Source of the DNA: Amphiscolops sp. MND2022
Taxonomy: Eukaryota
Assembly: GCA_964187785.1 (NCBI GenBank)
Contig: OZ076409.1
Location: 90,646,001 to 90,710,000, forward strand
Direction: 5' to 3'
Length of the DNA stretch: 64,000 nucleotides
A program made the translations under genes and the position numbers. Under the pieces are notes generated by a model, which saw only the letters and a list, made by a program, of their open reading frames with translations, was not told the DNA's origin and ran no database searches. How positions within the stretch are numbered: position 1 is the stretch's first letter; each line of letters starts with the position of its first letter. Below, in pieces: positions 26,021 to 39,122 of this stretch.

Positions 26021-26139
26021 TCTCTAGTTCCGGATTCATGGTTTGCATCTTTTCTGCTGTGTCCGTCTTAGCTTGGGAAAGAACTGACAATTTGTTAACT
26101 CAAAAAAGCTATCGATTGGATAAAGAACAGCTTTGCAAG

Positions 26140-29100
26140 CAGTCGCTTCAAATTCGTGCATGCAAGAATGATTCTCACCAACCTTGTGCATTGAAATTCG
26201 AGAAAAATCATCTCAATAATGTTATCATACGAGACATATGAAAAGCTAACCAAAAAAGATATTATGCGCTTTACACAACCCTTTACAAGCAAGAAGAAGA
26301 AGCAATGAAGAACCTACTTACCCAGCTGCTTACGAGAATGGATGACACCTATCAATTGTTAGTTAAAAATTTCCAAAATTTGAATGAAAAAAAAACGAAA
26401 ACACAAGTGCGGAATCAGAAATTTCACCAGCCCCAAAAACAGTTAGTGATTAAGTCCCCTACTAATTCATAATTTTACCAACAACTTGATCATAGGATCA
26501 AGTATTGTGAAAAGAATCTCTAATAAAAGCTTACCTGAAGATGTGCAAATACATGCTTATCCCGGATCGACCAGCTCCCAAAAATTCTCAATGATAGAAC
26601 ATTACACTGTCAGACGGTCTCTGACCTCTCTGGTTCGTCAAGATGGAACAAACACTCTTCTGAAAAGTAGTCAGGAAGATGTCTCTGAACTTTTTCGAAA
26701 ATTTGAATCTCTCGTCACCTAATCGAAAAGTGTGAACCCACCGAAATGTTTCTTTGTGAGGTACCACCATTAAGAACCAATGAGCGCAACTGTTAACAAT
26801 GAAAGAATTAACCAATGGAAAAACATTCATGAAAAGTACAAAATGAACCTAATTTCCAGATTATACCATTGAATGAGCATATCAAATCTTTCAAAGCTCC
26901 AAATACCCTCTATTATGATGACATACATTTCAATTTCCAGCTTGGATTGCCCCTGGTCAAAAATTGTATAAAGAAATATGTAACATGGCAGTCCAGCAAC
27001 ATACCCCGAGTTTCCAATAAATACCGTCCCAATACTGATAGAGCGAAGAGAAAATATTGGCATCACCAAAATGCCAGCAATAATGATCGAGCGAAAAAAA
27101 ACTATTGCTATCAGCAAAATCCCAGCAATGCATATTTTCACAATCCGATGACAACTTACCATTATTTGGGTGATGCCTCCTGATGAAACAAAAGATGATG
27201 ATGATACCCTTCTCGAATAAATGCACGGGCACTTCTCATAATGAAAAATTCTCTTATCCGACTGATTTTCTCCCTTTATGGTGTTGTAAGCTTTTTACTG
27301 ACCTTGAAAGAAATGCCCGGGCACCTGTCAATCAACAACATAAGATCACAAAACATGCATTTACTAGTCTCTCCAACGTGTATTAACTTTTACGCTTTTG
27401 AGTTGGAATCATTTTTAGTCAATATTTATATCATGAATAATTGCTCAAAACCCTGGGCGATTTATCAAATCCAACTAAGGTATAGACTATTGCTCTCTGT
27501 TGATATCGAACATAATCCAGGTCCCTCTATAGTCTTCAAACAACTCACCAGTATATTCCGAAACAACAACAAATGAATATAATTCATACATATCAATGCG
27601 CAAAGCCTTTTAAATAAATAATGGTTGAAGATTTCGTCCGGAACCTAGGTCCCAACACAATTTTTGGTATTTCCGAAACATGGCTAAAAACACTGATGAC
27701 AAACAGTTATAGAATTTGAATCCAAACCTTTTTAAGACGTTCCGTATGGACCGATATCCAACTAACAAGGAACGCGGTGGAAGTGTGATGTTAATCGTAC
27801 CCCTTCATCTAACTCCAAAGAACGCAGAGATTTAATTTTTTGATAAAAACAAGTTCGAAAGCATCTGGGTTGAATGTAATCTGAATACTAACACGATTCT
27901 ACGACAAAAACAACTGATTAACGTCAGCTACAATCCAAGCAAATCTCTTCATCATGATTTTCTAGAAGATCTTGCACTGAGCATAGACCATGCTGTAGTT
28001 GAGAACAAGCCTTTATCATGGGTGACTTTAACATTGACTACTTAACCCCGAGGGAACAACAGAAGTTAGCCACTGTTATACTTCCTTATGGGTTAACAGT
28101 GAATAATACAAAAGGACCGACTAGAGTAAAGGGTTAATCTGATTTTTGGTTGATTACATTATATTAGATCATTTTGACGTTGACTCTTTTACATCGTTTG
28201 TCTCCGATACACCAATGAAAACATCAAAAAATGAACCGATTGATCATCTGGCTACATCTGTAGGGAGCAATATCGTGAATGAATCATTCAAAAAAGTTGT
28301 TCAGAAAGAGAAGTTCGATAAACGAACATATCAGAAAGACTACTTCAAGTCATTAGTGGCAACCAGTGGTTGGAGTTATTTTTACGCACAGAACTGTCCT
28401 GAAGGTATGTTCTCTCTTTTTATGACAATTTTATAAAACGTTCTCAGAAAGTCGATCAATAAAAGGTTTATACGCAATAATAAAAGTGACATAACTATTA
28501 ACCAAAAATGGATTTCATCTTAGACTAAACGTCTTTACAATAACCTATCTGAACAAATGCAACCAAATGACACCAAATACCGCGATATAAAAAAAGAATT
28601 TATTGAAAACATAAGAAATGATCGCAATAAACGAAACATTCTAAATATCGGGAATCTAAAAAGTGAAAGAGAAAAATGGAACTTTATTAACGAAGCAAGA
28701 AACCCTCGCCGAACTTGTACTGTGATTCCGTCACTGCAAAGTGCTTTTGGAGATTGTGTTTCTGAGCCCGAAAAAGGCCAACCTACTTAACTACAGATTC
28801 TCAAAGCTGAGTGATAATTTAGGTGATAGTAAAAACTTCACAGACTTCCTTGATGATCAAGATTTTACAAATAAAAAAACTTTCAGCTTCCAACCCATAA
28901 GCTTATTTAAATGTAAAACATGTTTGAAACAGCTAAACTGCCGAAAGCCCTTGGGTCCTTGTGATGTTCCAGCTTGGGCCCTAAAGGATTGTTTAAACAT
29001 TATTGCTGAACCACTGCATTTTTAATCAATGCTTTTCTAGCTGCTGAAAAATTTCCAAATCCTTTAAAGCCTGCACATATTCCAATTTATGAGAATGGAG

Positions 29101-29612
29101 ACACTGAAGACCCAAGTAACTATCGACCGATATCAATAACTTCTGCGTTATCAAAAGTTTTTGAAAAAGGTATAAAAGTTCAGTCCAATGCAGTTTGGAT
29201 TTCGTTGTGGATTTTCTACAACAGATGCCCTCCTCTATGCAACTGAAAAAAAATAAGACTGAGCCTTGATTACAAAAAATGGTGGCATCGGCTCTATTAG
29301 ACCTCACAAAAGCGTTTGACTCAATATCACATAACCTACTATTTGCTGATGATACTTTCCTTTTCGTAGCTAATGAAAATATTGAAGAAGCCATTCGTCA
29401 TCTAAAACTCAACATCTCAAAAATGGTGCACTTCTTTCAATGTCACTGATTGAGTCTGAATAAGACAAAGACTGATTTCATGATTGTTTTTTAAAAAGGC
29501 TAAATCCTCTCTAACGAAAACGAGTTACACTACGAGTTGACGATCATCTTATAGAGCCTTCGGCATGCGTGAAATACCTGGGAGTACATTTTGATCGAAG
29601 TCTTACTTTCAA
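26140..29612 (+). mobile_element. decayed CR1/L2-type LINE (SGNH esterase ORF1; APE endonuclease + RT ORF2)
   Basis: ORF1 LIIGSSIV, YPG, DGTN, DDIH; ORF2 HINAQS, ISETWL, MGDFNID, DYI, DHL, YRPISIT, QFGFR, DLTKAFDSI, FADD, KYLGV; many stops and frameshifts. Confidence 0.9.
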
Positions 29613-30308
29613 GCAGAACTCAAAACGTTTTTTGCTCAAATCGTGTTTTTTGCAACCCTGAACAGAAGTCAGTAGAAGGTAAATGTTTAAAATAATGTGC
29701 ACGTAGTTTGGTTCTCTTCGAACGGCTAAGTTGACCTCACATCAATATCGAGCGTAGCTAAGGCATAAGTTCTCAGACTAAGTTCCTAAGTTAATCCTAG
29801 CTAGTGTGAAATCTTTGCGAGCAAAACTTCACCGAAAAGGCGGTTTCGATTCAACGAAGAATCTCGAAGCTTTCTTTTGTGCTCACGCTGTCTTTTGTCT
29901 AAGATAAAAAATTGCCTTACTTTTCTAACCGCAGCTCTTGAGGTACTGTTTTTCTCAATACACTCGTTTCGCGCAACTCTTTGACTGCTCTTTTTTGAAT
30001 ATCTTTTCAACGCGTGTTTTTTAAAAGATTTTTTTGCGCTCATCTTTCGCTGGTCCGCCGTCCTTTTTCGCTCTTGTTTAGTTTCTTTGCTACGAAACCT
30101 CACAACATCGCTATGGGGGTGTTTGGACAGAAAAGCTTCGAAAAAAGCCCTTCCGCTCAAACTTTGAAAACGTTTGCATTTTTTGAGTTAAAAGCTGACT
30201 GAAAACTACTAAATCAATAAATGGGGCGAAAACAATAATTGGCTTAGTAGCCATTAGAACAAAAATTCACAAGAAGTGATCACCATTTCAATCAGGGAAG
30301 AACTTAAA

Positions 30309-32243
30309 ACAAGCCGGAAATAACGGCATAAGTCGGCACCATATCTAAGGCTCAAAAATAGCAAAAGGACTACAAGGTGTCAAGTATTATCTTTTACAGT
30401 ACCCGAAAAACCCAAAAAGGAACCTTCGGATTTTTCAACATCCATTCTGTTGCAAAATATCAACAAAATTGAAGGGAACCCTTTGAAGTCATCAAAAATA
30501 TTCCGAAAAATGTCTCAATGCCGAGAAAAACTGAAGATGGGACCATGTCGGATTTTTCAACATTTCAGTCGCAAAAGATCAACAAAAGTGGAGGGGAATC
30601 CTTTGAAGTTATTCAAAATTTTTCACAATGCCGAAAAGAATTGGAAGAGGAGACCTTTATTTTCGTTCGGTATCGTATGCTGCGCTGAAAAAAAGAACAA
30701 CTCTTTAGGTTAAGTTCCTTGTGCGAATTGGTCCAAATTGACACCCTAAAGTATCGTTTTGCGACAGAAATGTTAAAAAATCCGAAAGGGTCCCCCTTTT
30801 CAGTTTTTCTCGGCATTGTGAGATTTCGAAATTTTTCTAAATGACTTCAAAGGGTCCCCCCTTCAATTTTGTTGATCGCATGTCTTGATCATAGCGCTTA
30901 ACTCCGGGATATTACGAGGGGGACTTCAATAACATCGAAATGGGAGACAAAGCCATGGATCAGATATTCAAAAGTACAAGACTACTTTAGTATAATGAAG
31001 TCAGACATATAGACATCGGATGTCCGGATAGCAACAAGAGTAGTGAACGAAAGGTGCAGTGGCACGGCGACATCTTCTGAATATTCAGCCATTACGTCAC
31101 TAGAAACAAGACATCTTACGGTCTCAGTTGTTTGTCAAAAAAGTATAGGAATCCCTACTGTTCCGAAAACTAGCTCACGCTTTCATTCATAAATTTCCGA
31201 AATTGCAGTTCGAAAAGCAGTATTTGTCCTACCTTTTTCCTAGCAAGATGTACAATAATGGAAAAACCAAGAAACAAAAAAATGTGAGAAATAACAAACA
31301 AGTTCTTCGAAAGGTCGCACAGTGCCGAGAAAGGTAAAGGACTACTCTGCAAGCTTGCAATTTTTTTCTCCTTGCCAAAAAGTGCACGAACTTCAAATGA
31401 TATTTCTGAATCAACGAAGTTCCATACCCTTAAAATTGCGCGTTCAATTCCATTTCATATTCACAGAATCTGTTTCACAACATACTCCGAACACATTTGT
31501 TGGGAAAATTTTTCCTCTTTTCATCCCACTTCTATTCAGTTCAACATCCATTTCTCAATTCGGTAGCGACTAGTTCATTGTTGCTGCTTCAACTTTGGTA
31601 CTCTCCCATTAAGATGAATTAATGCTTCAAAAAATAACAAGATCCAAGAGATCCAAAACCCCACCCATAAGAATAAGGACATGTCAGTGGGACTGCAGTA
31701 TCCTAGAAATAAGCAAGCCGGGAACGGCCAAAGTCGGTGCTATATCTAAGGCTCAAAATTGTCAAAGGGGGTACCTTTTGCGCTTTATGAAACTCTAGTT
31801 GATTGCAAAATATTTGAAAAATTGAAGGGACCCTTGGGAGATTTTAAAAAGGAGATTTTTGAACAGTGTCGTAGTGCCGAAAATGTAAAAGGGGGATCAT
31901 TTGGGATTTTTTGACATCCATTGCATGCAAAATGCCAAAACAAACAAACGAAGGGGAGACCCGTTGGTGGAATCCAAAAAAAAATCAGAAAAGTTGCATA
32001 GTGCCGAAAAAATCCGAGTGAAAAACACCAAAGGGGGGATCCTTTGTATGTTTTCTGTTTTCGAGATTCGCGACGTCGATGTTTTTGTTTCCGACGTTTT
32101 CTGGCGTTTCGAGTATGCCGTAGACGTCAGTAGTTCGAGTTGATGTTGTTGAACAAATGAACAAAAAAGTGGACCTCACGCGTCTGAAAAACTACCCACT
32201 GTAAGAGTCGGGCACATTTTTTACCAAAATGCACCGACTAAAA
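30309..32243 (-). mobile_element. family A copies (30309-~30875 and 31714-32243)
   Basis: Reverse-strand ends CAAGCCGG...AAGTCGG..C.ATATCTAAGGCTCAAAA and CCACTGTAAGAGTCGGGCAC...CCGACTAAAAA. Confidence 0.65.
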
Positions 32244-32767
32244 AGAGTGTTCGTTAAGATGGAGGGAAGACGAAAGGTTGAAAAAGGGGGACGGCGACAC
32301 TGTGATCTTGGAATCTTGGAAATCTTTGGCTGAATACTAATGTAAAAGCAAGGACAAATCAGGTTCTTCGAAAGAGTGCTTTAAATTTCAAAACGACGAA
32401 AAATCAACCCCCAACTCAACAACGACTATAGTAAAAAGGCTGAATATATCGATATACTTTCACAATGCTCCAGCCTAAATAACACAGGTTTTGAGACATG
32501 AAAAAAATGTTCAAAGAATTTGTTTGTATTTATAATCATTTTTTCATTTTTTGTTTTTATAATCATTTTTAGAAGCAGCGGATTACCAAAAACTTTCAAT
32601 GAAGGTAGTACTGAGTAAGTTGTTAGAAATAAAAAAGCTCGGCTTAGTCTAATCTGTCGGAAAGTTTTCTATCCTGCATGCTAATTGTTTTTTGAAAAAA
32701 AGTAGAAAATTCGGGGACCGTGCATCGAAGAATATTGTAAACCTTCCAAACATCTTATATAAAGATC

Positions 32768-35700
32768 AACAAGCCTGGAACGGCCAAAGTCGGCGCCATA
32801 TCTAAGGCTCAAAAATCGCAAAAAGATTTCGAAGGGTCAAGTATTCTCTTCTAGAGCACACACAAAACCCAAAAATTTGACCGAATTGGCGCGCCCTTCT
32901 GGATTTTTTTGCCATCCATTCAGTTGCAAAACATCAAAAACATGAAGCGGGACCTTTTGAAGACAATAAACATATTTCGAAAAAAGTCTCACAATGCCGA
33001 AAAAATGAAGGGGGCTCTTAGTGATTTTTTAACATCGGATCTTTGAAAACGTTAAATCCGAACTTTGAAAACGTTATATCCAAACTGTGAAAACGTCATA
33101 TCCGAACTTTGAAAACGTTATATCCGAACTTTGAAAACGGTATATCCGAACTTTGAAAACGTTGCTTCCGAAGTTTGAAAGCGTTACATCCGAACTTGAA
33201 AACGTTACCTCCAAGCTAAAATCCGGGTTAACCTCTCGGCTAGGAAGTTGAACAAATGAGCAAAAAAAGTGGATAAGTCGCGTTGAACTGACGAAAAAAA
33301 CTAGGCACTGTAAGCCAACTAAAACCCACAACCATGCACTTTAAAAACACTTCTAAACAGTGATGGAACATTTTCGGAAAAAATAAAAGAGTTAACTGTC
33401 TCAGAATAGACAAAAGGCTTTTTCCGGAGAATCGATTCATTCTAAATATATGACGATCGGATATGGAAGTAAGTAAACTGGATACTGGGTTTAGTCATTG
33501 TTGAGTCTTTTGAACCGGCGTATACAAAGAAATTGCTAAAAAATTTCTCAAGATGTCAAAAAACCGCATAAAATGACAAAAACTTAAAAAGTTAGAGTTT
33601 TTGCCTACTTTGGGTCACTCTGAGGTAATTTTCAACAATAAAAAATTCAAAATTTCCCCCAAAACGCGTGCTGCAAACTTAATGATATATGATATCAACG
33701 GGTGCTTTTTGAAGCTTTCATTTTACGAAAAACCACTAGAAATGTCAAAAATTGTCAAAAAATTTGATATTTTTGACCTTTTGCGTTCGATTTGATGCAA
33801 TTGCCGGCAAAGTCTAGAAATTTGTCTTCGATAAAGCCTACTAATAACACATTCAATCGTCGTCGAACGTGTTCAGTATTCCCACTACAAAAATTTCTGA
33901 AAGTAAACACAAGTTTCAAAGAACGTGAAGATGTCGAGATTTTTCGATATCTCGAGGCTCTATGAGTCAACCTAAAGTGTTTCTGAAGTAAAACGCTGCA
34001 ACGCTCTCTTCAAAAATGCGTACTGCCAAACGCGTTCTTTCGTTTTTGAAAACCTTGGATCTTCTAAGCCATAAAATCTCTTGAAAATCATACAACAATT
34101 GCATGAAGAACGACAAAAACAGGAAAAGTTCAGATTTTTTAAAACCTTTTCTTGGTCAAAAGCTGCTTGACAGATGCATACATCATTTGTTGAACAGTTT
34201 CAACAACAATCCATGAAATCTATCTGAAAATTGGAAGAAATATGAAAAATGAAAATCAGAAAAGTTTTTTTTTCTGTGTCAAGCCAAAAACGGCGCTATA
34301 TCTAAGGCTCAAAAAGCGTAACGTTTTTACAATTGTAAAAGGGGAAGTGTCTTTGGGTTTTTGAATTTGTAAATTGTTGCAAAATTTGAAAAAAATGAAG
34401 TGGGACCCTTTGGAGACATAAAAAATTTTTCGCAGAAAAACGAAAATGAGAATTTTGAACAGTGTCACAGTGCCGAAAAATGTAAAAGGGGGACACTTTC
34501 TGGTTTTTTAAACATCAATTCTGTTGCAAAAAATGAAGAGGGGGCCCTTTGGTTCAATCCAAAAATTTCCAAAAATAGTCTCATAGTGCCAAGAATAACA
34601 AGACGGGAACGTCTAAAGTCGGCGCCATATCTAAGGCTCAAAAATCGCAAAAAGATTTCGAAGTGTCAAGTATTCTCTTCTACAGTACACACAAAACCCA
34701 AAAGTTTGACCGAATTGGCGCGCCCTTCTGGATTTTTTGCCATCCATTCAGTTGCAAAAAATCAAAAACATGAAGCGGGACCTTTTGAAGACAATAAACA
34801 TATTTCGAAAAAAAGTCTCACAATGCCGAAAAAATGAAGGGGGCTCTTAGTGATTTTTTAACATCGGATCTTTGGAAACGTTAAATCCGAACTTTGAAAA
34901 CGTTATATCCAAACTGTGACAACGTTATATCAGAACCTTGAAAACGTTATATCCGAACTTTGAAAACGGTATATCCGAACTTTGAAAACGTTACTTCCGA
35001 AGTTTGAAAGCGTTACATCCGAACATGAAAACGTTACCTCCGAGCTAAAATCCGGGTTAACCTCTCGGCTAGGAAGTTGAACAAATGAGCAAAAAAAAGT
35101 GGACAAGTCGCGTTGAACTGACAAAAAAAACTAGGCACTGTAAGCCAACTAAAACCCACAACCGTGCACTTTAAAAACACTTCTAAACAGTGATGGAACA
35201 TTTTCGGAAAAAATAAAAGAGTTAACTGTCTCAGAATAGACAAAAAGGCTTTTTCCGGAGAATCGATTCATTCTAAATATATGACGATTGGATATGGAAG
35301 TAAGTAAACTGGATACTGGGTTTAGTCATTGTTGAGTCTTTTGAACCGGCGTATACAAAGAAATTGCTCAAAATTTTCTCAAGATGTCAAAAAACCGCAT
35401 AAAATGTCAAAAACTTAAAAAGTTAGAGCTTTTGCCTACTTTGGGTCACTCTGAGGTAATTTTCAACAATAAAAAATTCAAAATTTTCGCCAAAACGCGT
35501 GCTGCGAACTTAATGATATCATCGGGTGCTTTTTGAAGCTTTCATTTTACGAAAAACCACTAGAAATGTCAAAAATTGTCAAAAAATTCGATATTTTTGA
35601 CCTTTTGCGTTCGATTTGATGCATTTGCCAACAAAGTCTACAAATTTGTCTTCGATAAAGCCTACTAATAACACATTCAATCGTCGTCGAACGTGTTCAG

Positions 35701-36188
35701 TATTCTCACTACAAAAATTTCTGAAAGTAAACACAAGTTTCAAAAAACATGAAGATGTCGAGATTTTTCGATATCTCGAGGCTCTATGAGTCACCCTAAA
35801 GTGTTTGAAATCTATCTGAAATTTGACGAAAAATGAAAAATGAAAATCAGAAAAGTTTTTTTTCTGTGTCAAGCCAAAAACGGCGCTATATCTAAGGCTC
35901 AAAAAGCGTAACGTTTTTACAATTGTAAAAGGGGAGGACTCTTTGGGTTTTTGAAGCAGTAAATTGTTGCAAAATTTGAAAAAAATGAAGTGGGACCCTC
36001 TGGAGACATAAAAAATTTTTTCGAAGAAAAACGAAAATGAGAATTTTGAACAGTAACACAGTGCCGAAAAATGTAAAAGGGGGACCCTTTCTGGTTTTTT
36101 AAACATCAATTCTGTTGCAAAAAATGAAGAGGCGGCCCTTTGGTTCAATCCAAAAACTTCCAAAAATAGTCTCACAGTGCCAAGAAGA
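32768..36188. repeat. tandem duplication of a ~1.6-1.8-kb composite repeat unit
   Basis: 32768-34597 is repeated at 34598-36188 with high identity; the second copy lacks about 33985-34215. Confidence 0.9.
33042..33215. repeat. 22-bp minisatellite (TTTGAAAACGTTATATCCGAAC)n, ~8 copies; duplicate at 34871-35045
   Basis: Read directly from the sequence. Confidence 0.9.
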
Positions 36189-37680
36189 ACAAGACGGGAA
36201 TGGCCAAAATCGGCGCTATATCTAAGGCTCAAAAAGCGCAAAGGCTTTTTTTGATTAAAAACTTGAAATTTTTGATTTTTTTTCTCAGAAAATGTCGCAT
36301 AGTGTCGAAAAATGTGAAAGGGGGGCCTTTATTCTCGTCCGGTTTTGTAGGTTACGTTAAAAAAGTAAAAAATGAAAGGGGGGACCCTTTTGCACTAATT
36401 TCCGCTGACCGGACTTGGCCTTATGCTAGTAGTTTTAGTAGTTTCGATTGAAAGAAAAGTGGCCCAATCAGAGTGAGATTGTAGTCTAACGGAAACAAAA
36501 GAACAAGACGGGAACGTCTAAAGTCGGCGCTATATCTAAGGCTCAAGAAGCGCAAAAAATTTTTTTCAAAAAAGTTTTTGAATTTTTTTTCTTTCAGAAA
36601 TAGTGGCATAGTGCCGAAAAATGTAAAAGGGGGGACCCTTTGGGCTTCATCAACATATATTTTGTTGCAAAATATCAAAAACTCGAAAGGGGGACTCTTT
36701 TGATACAATAAAAAATTTTTGAAAAAAAGTCGCACAATGCCGAAAAAAAATTGTAAGGGGGGACCCTTTAGTCTCGTCCGGTTTTGTAGGCTACGGTAAA
36801 ATAGTAAAATATGAAAGGGGGGACCCTTTTGCACTAATTTCCGCTGACCGGACTCGGCCTTATGCTAGTAGTTTTAGTAGTTTCGATTGTAAGAAAAGTT
36901 GCCCAATCAGAGTGAGATTGTAGTCTGACGAAAAAAAAAGAAAAAAAACTAGCCACTGTGAGAGTCGGGCACTTTTCTCTAGAAAAGCGCCGACTAAAAA
37001 CAAGACGGGAACATCTAAAGTCGGCGCTATATCTAAGGCTCAAAAAGCGCAGAGTTTTCTAAATATGCCCGGAATGTATTCATGAAAAGCTTTGAAAACA
37101 CTTTCGAGACACCCAAAGTGTGCCTTTCATGCTCGATATGACTGGAAAATCACTTTTCCCGACTGAAAACAAAAAAATTTTGAAAATTTTTTTGAAAAAA
37201 AATTTTTGATTTTTTTAATTGAAAAAAACTTCGAAAATGTCGCATAGTGCCGAAAAATGAAAAGGGGGAACCCTTTGGGATTCATTAACATACTTTCTGT
37301 TGCAAAATATCAAAAAATCCGAAGGGGGGACTCTTTTGAGACATTAAAAATTTTCGAAAAAAATTCGCACGGTGCCGAAAAAAATTGAAAGGGGGGACCC
37401 TTTGGAGGCTTCCGGTTTTGTAGGTTACGTAAAAAAGAAAAAAACGAAAAGGGGACCCTTTGCAGTAAGTTTGCATTGGTCGAACTTGGCCTGAGTGAAC
37501 TTATCAGTTTCTGTAAAAAGTGGTACATACGCGATGAGCTCTGTGGTCTGACGAGAAAAAAAAGAAAAAAAAACTAGCCACTGTAATAGTCGGGCTTTTT
37601 TCCTTAAAGGAAAATGCGCCGACTAAAAACTAGCCACTGTAAGAGTCGGGCACTTTTCACTAGAAAAGCGCCTACTAAAA
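36189..37680 (-). mobile_element. head-to-tail array of family A units, inverted relative to 21078-22400
   Basis: Same internal modules in reverse complement (e.g. 37500-37553 vs 21190-21253; 36830-36930 vs 21845-21950). Confidence 0.8.
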
Positions 37681-39122
37681 ACACCAAGATAGCCATAGGG
37701 AATCCTTAGTTCGTTTTCGATTTCCTGGACCTCGGCTTTTTTGTTTTCATCAATGTTCTGATGTTTCGAGTATGTTTGAACGTCCGTAGTTCAAGTTGTT
37801 GTTGTTAAAAAATGAACAAAAAGTGGACCATAAGCATATAAAAAAACTACCCACTGTAAGAGTCGGACACGTTCCTTCAAAAGCGACGACTAACAACCAG
37901 TTTGAGTAAAGTTTTTTCCTTTCTCATATGGACTATAGGCGGAAAATAATAACGCAGTCCTGATAGGCCACAGATATCCGCCAACAACGCCCGTCACGTG
38001 GTGGTGTAAGCACTTTCTCTATTAGCGGGTTGTTTTGACGGAGGTAGACCCGGAGGGGCGCAAAGTGCCGCGGAAAGAGTTAGACCGGATCAAACAGTCA
38101 TTTGTTTTTGAAGCTTCAGGAACTTTACTTTAGGAATGTACTGTTGCTTGAGTTGGTTCTTCACAATGCTGGTGAAACTTCATTTTTCTTCCTCTTATTT
38201 TGGGCTTTATCAAATAATAGTTTTCGGCGCTTTTAATAGCAACCTAAAATTTTTTAAAATGTTTTTCAAGCTCTTCAACACATTTCAGTTCTTTTTGATC
38301 TTTCATGCTTTTAATTCATATCTCTTTGCTTTGCGCCCATTTTTTCCATTAGAGGTGTTACTAGAGATGCGCGTAAGCTTCAAGACCTAATATCGGTCCT
38401 TTAATTGCAAATTTTGATCTCATCGACATTTCATTGTTCAAAAAAGTTCTTGCCTTAGGTCAATCAATATTCATTCTGACATTTACTCTATCGGTGAAAC
38501 AAGTTTTAATGTAATTCAGGCTGGTTTGCTTGAAGCATAATCTGACTGAATTGCTTTTCAAAGCAGTCAGAGTTTCGTAAAAAATTTTCTCAAGTAATTT
38601 AACAAAGCTTTCTTCTATTTTTTTACTATTCAATTGTTTCACATATATTATGCCGAATGCTTTCTACTACATATCTGTGTGATTGATTGTTGTAGTACAG
38701 ACTGCTATTGACGAAGTGACTTACATAGTCGTTACACAAATGTCTTAGATGAAAAATCTTTTTTTTGCTTGCGTCATCAGCGTTACTAACTGGAAACAAA
38801 AAGGGGTGAATTACATTCAGAAATGGCTGCTGGTAAGTTGAGAAATCAACACTTTCTTCCAACATTCGTTCACACTTCCTGAATTTTAGGATTTTCCTGA
38901 ATTCAAATATTCCTTTTGAAAACTGATATTTGACCCAACCCTACTGAGATTGCTTAATACGTCTACGTGATAGATCAATTTAGAAAAAAATGCGAACTGT
39001 CATAGTTTCTGTAACTTTTTCGTATATATTTTGAGAAAAAATTAGGGCGACCAGAATTGAATAATACGAATTTTGGAAATGCAATTAAAAGGGATTGAGA
39101 TTGAAAAAAGGAAGTGTTCCAG

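Noticed and set aside
30895..31173. Isolated exon-like stretch (GYYEGDFNNIEMG...)
   Set aside because: Two internal stops, no splice context and no recognised family; the GDFN match to APE endonucleases is too short.
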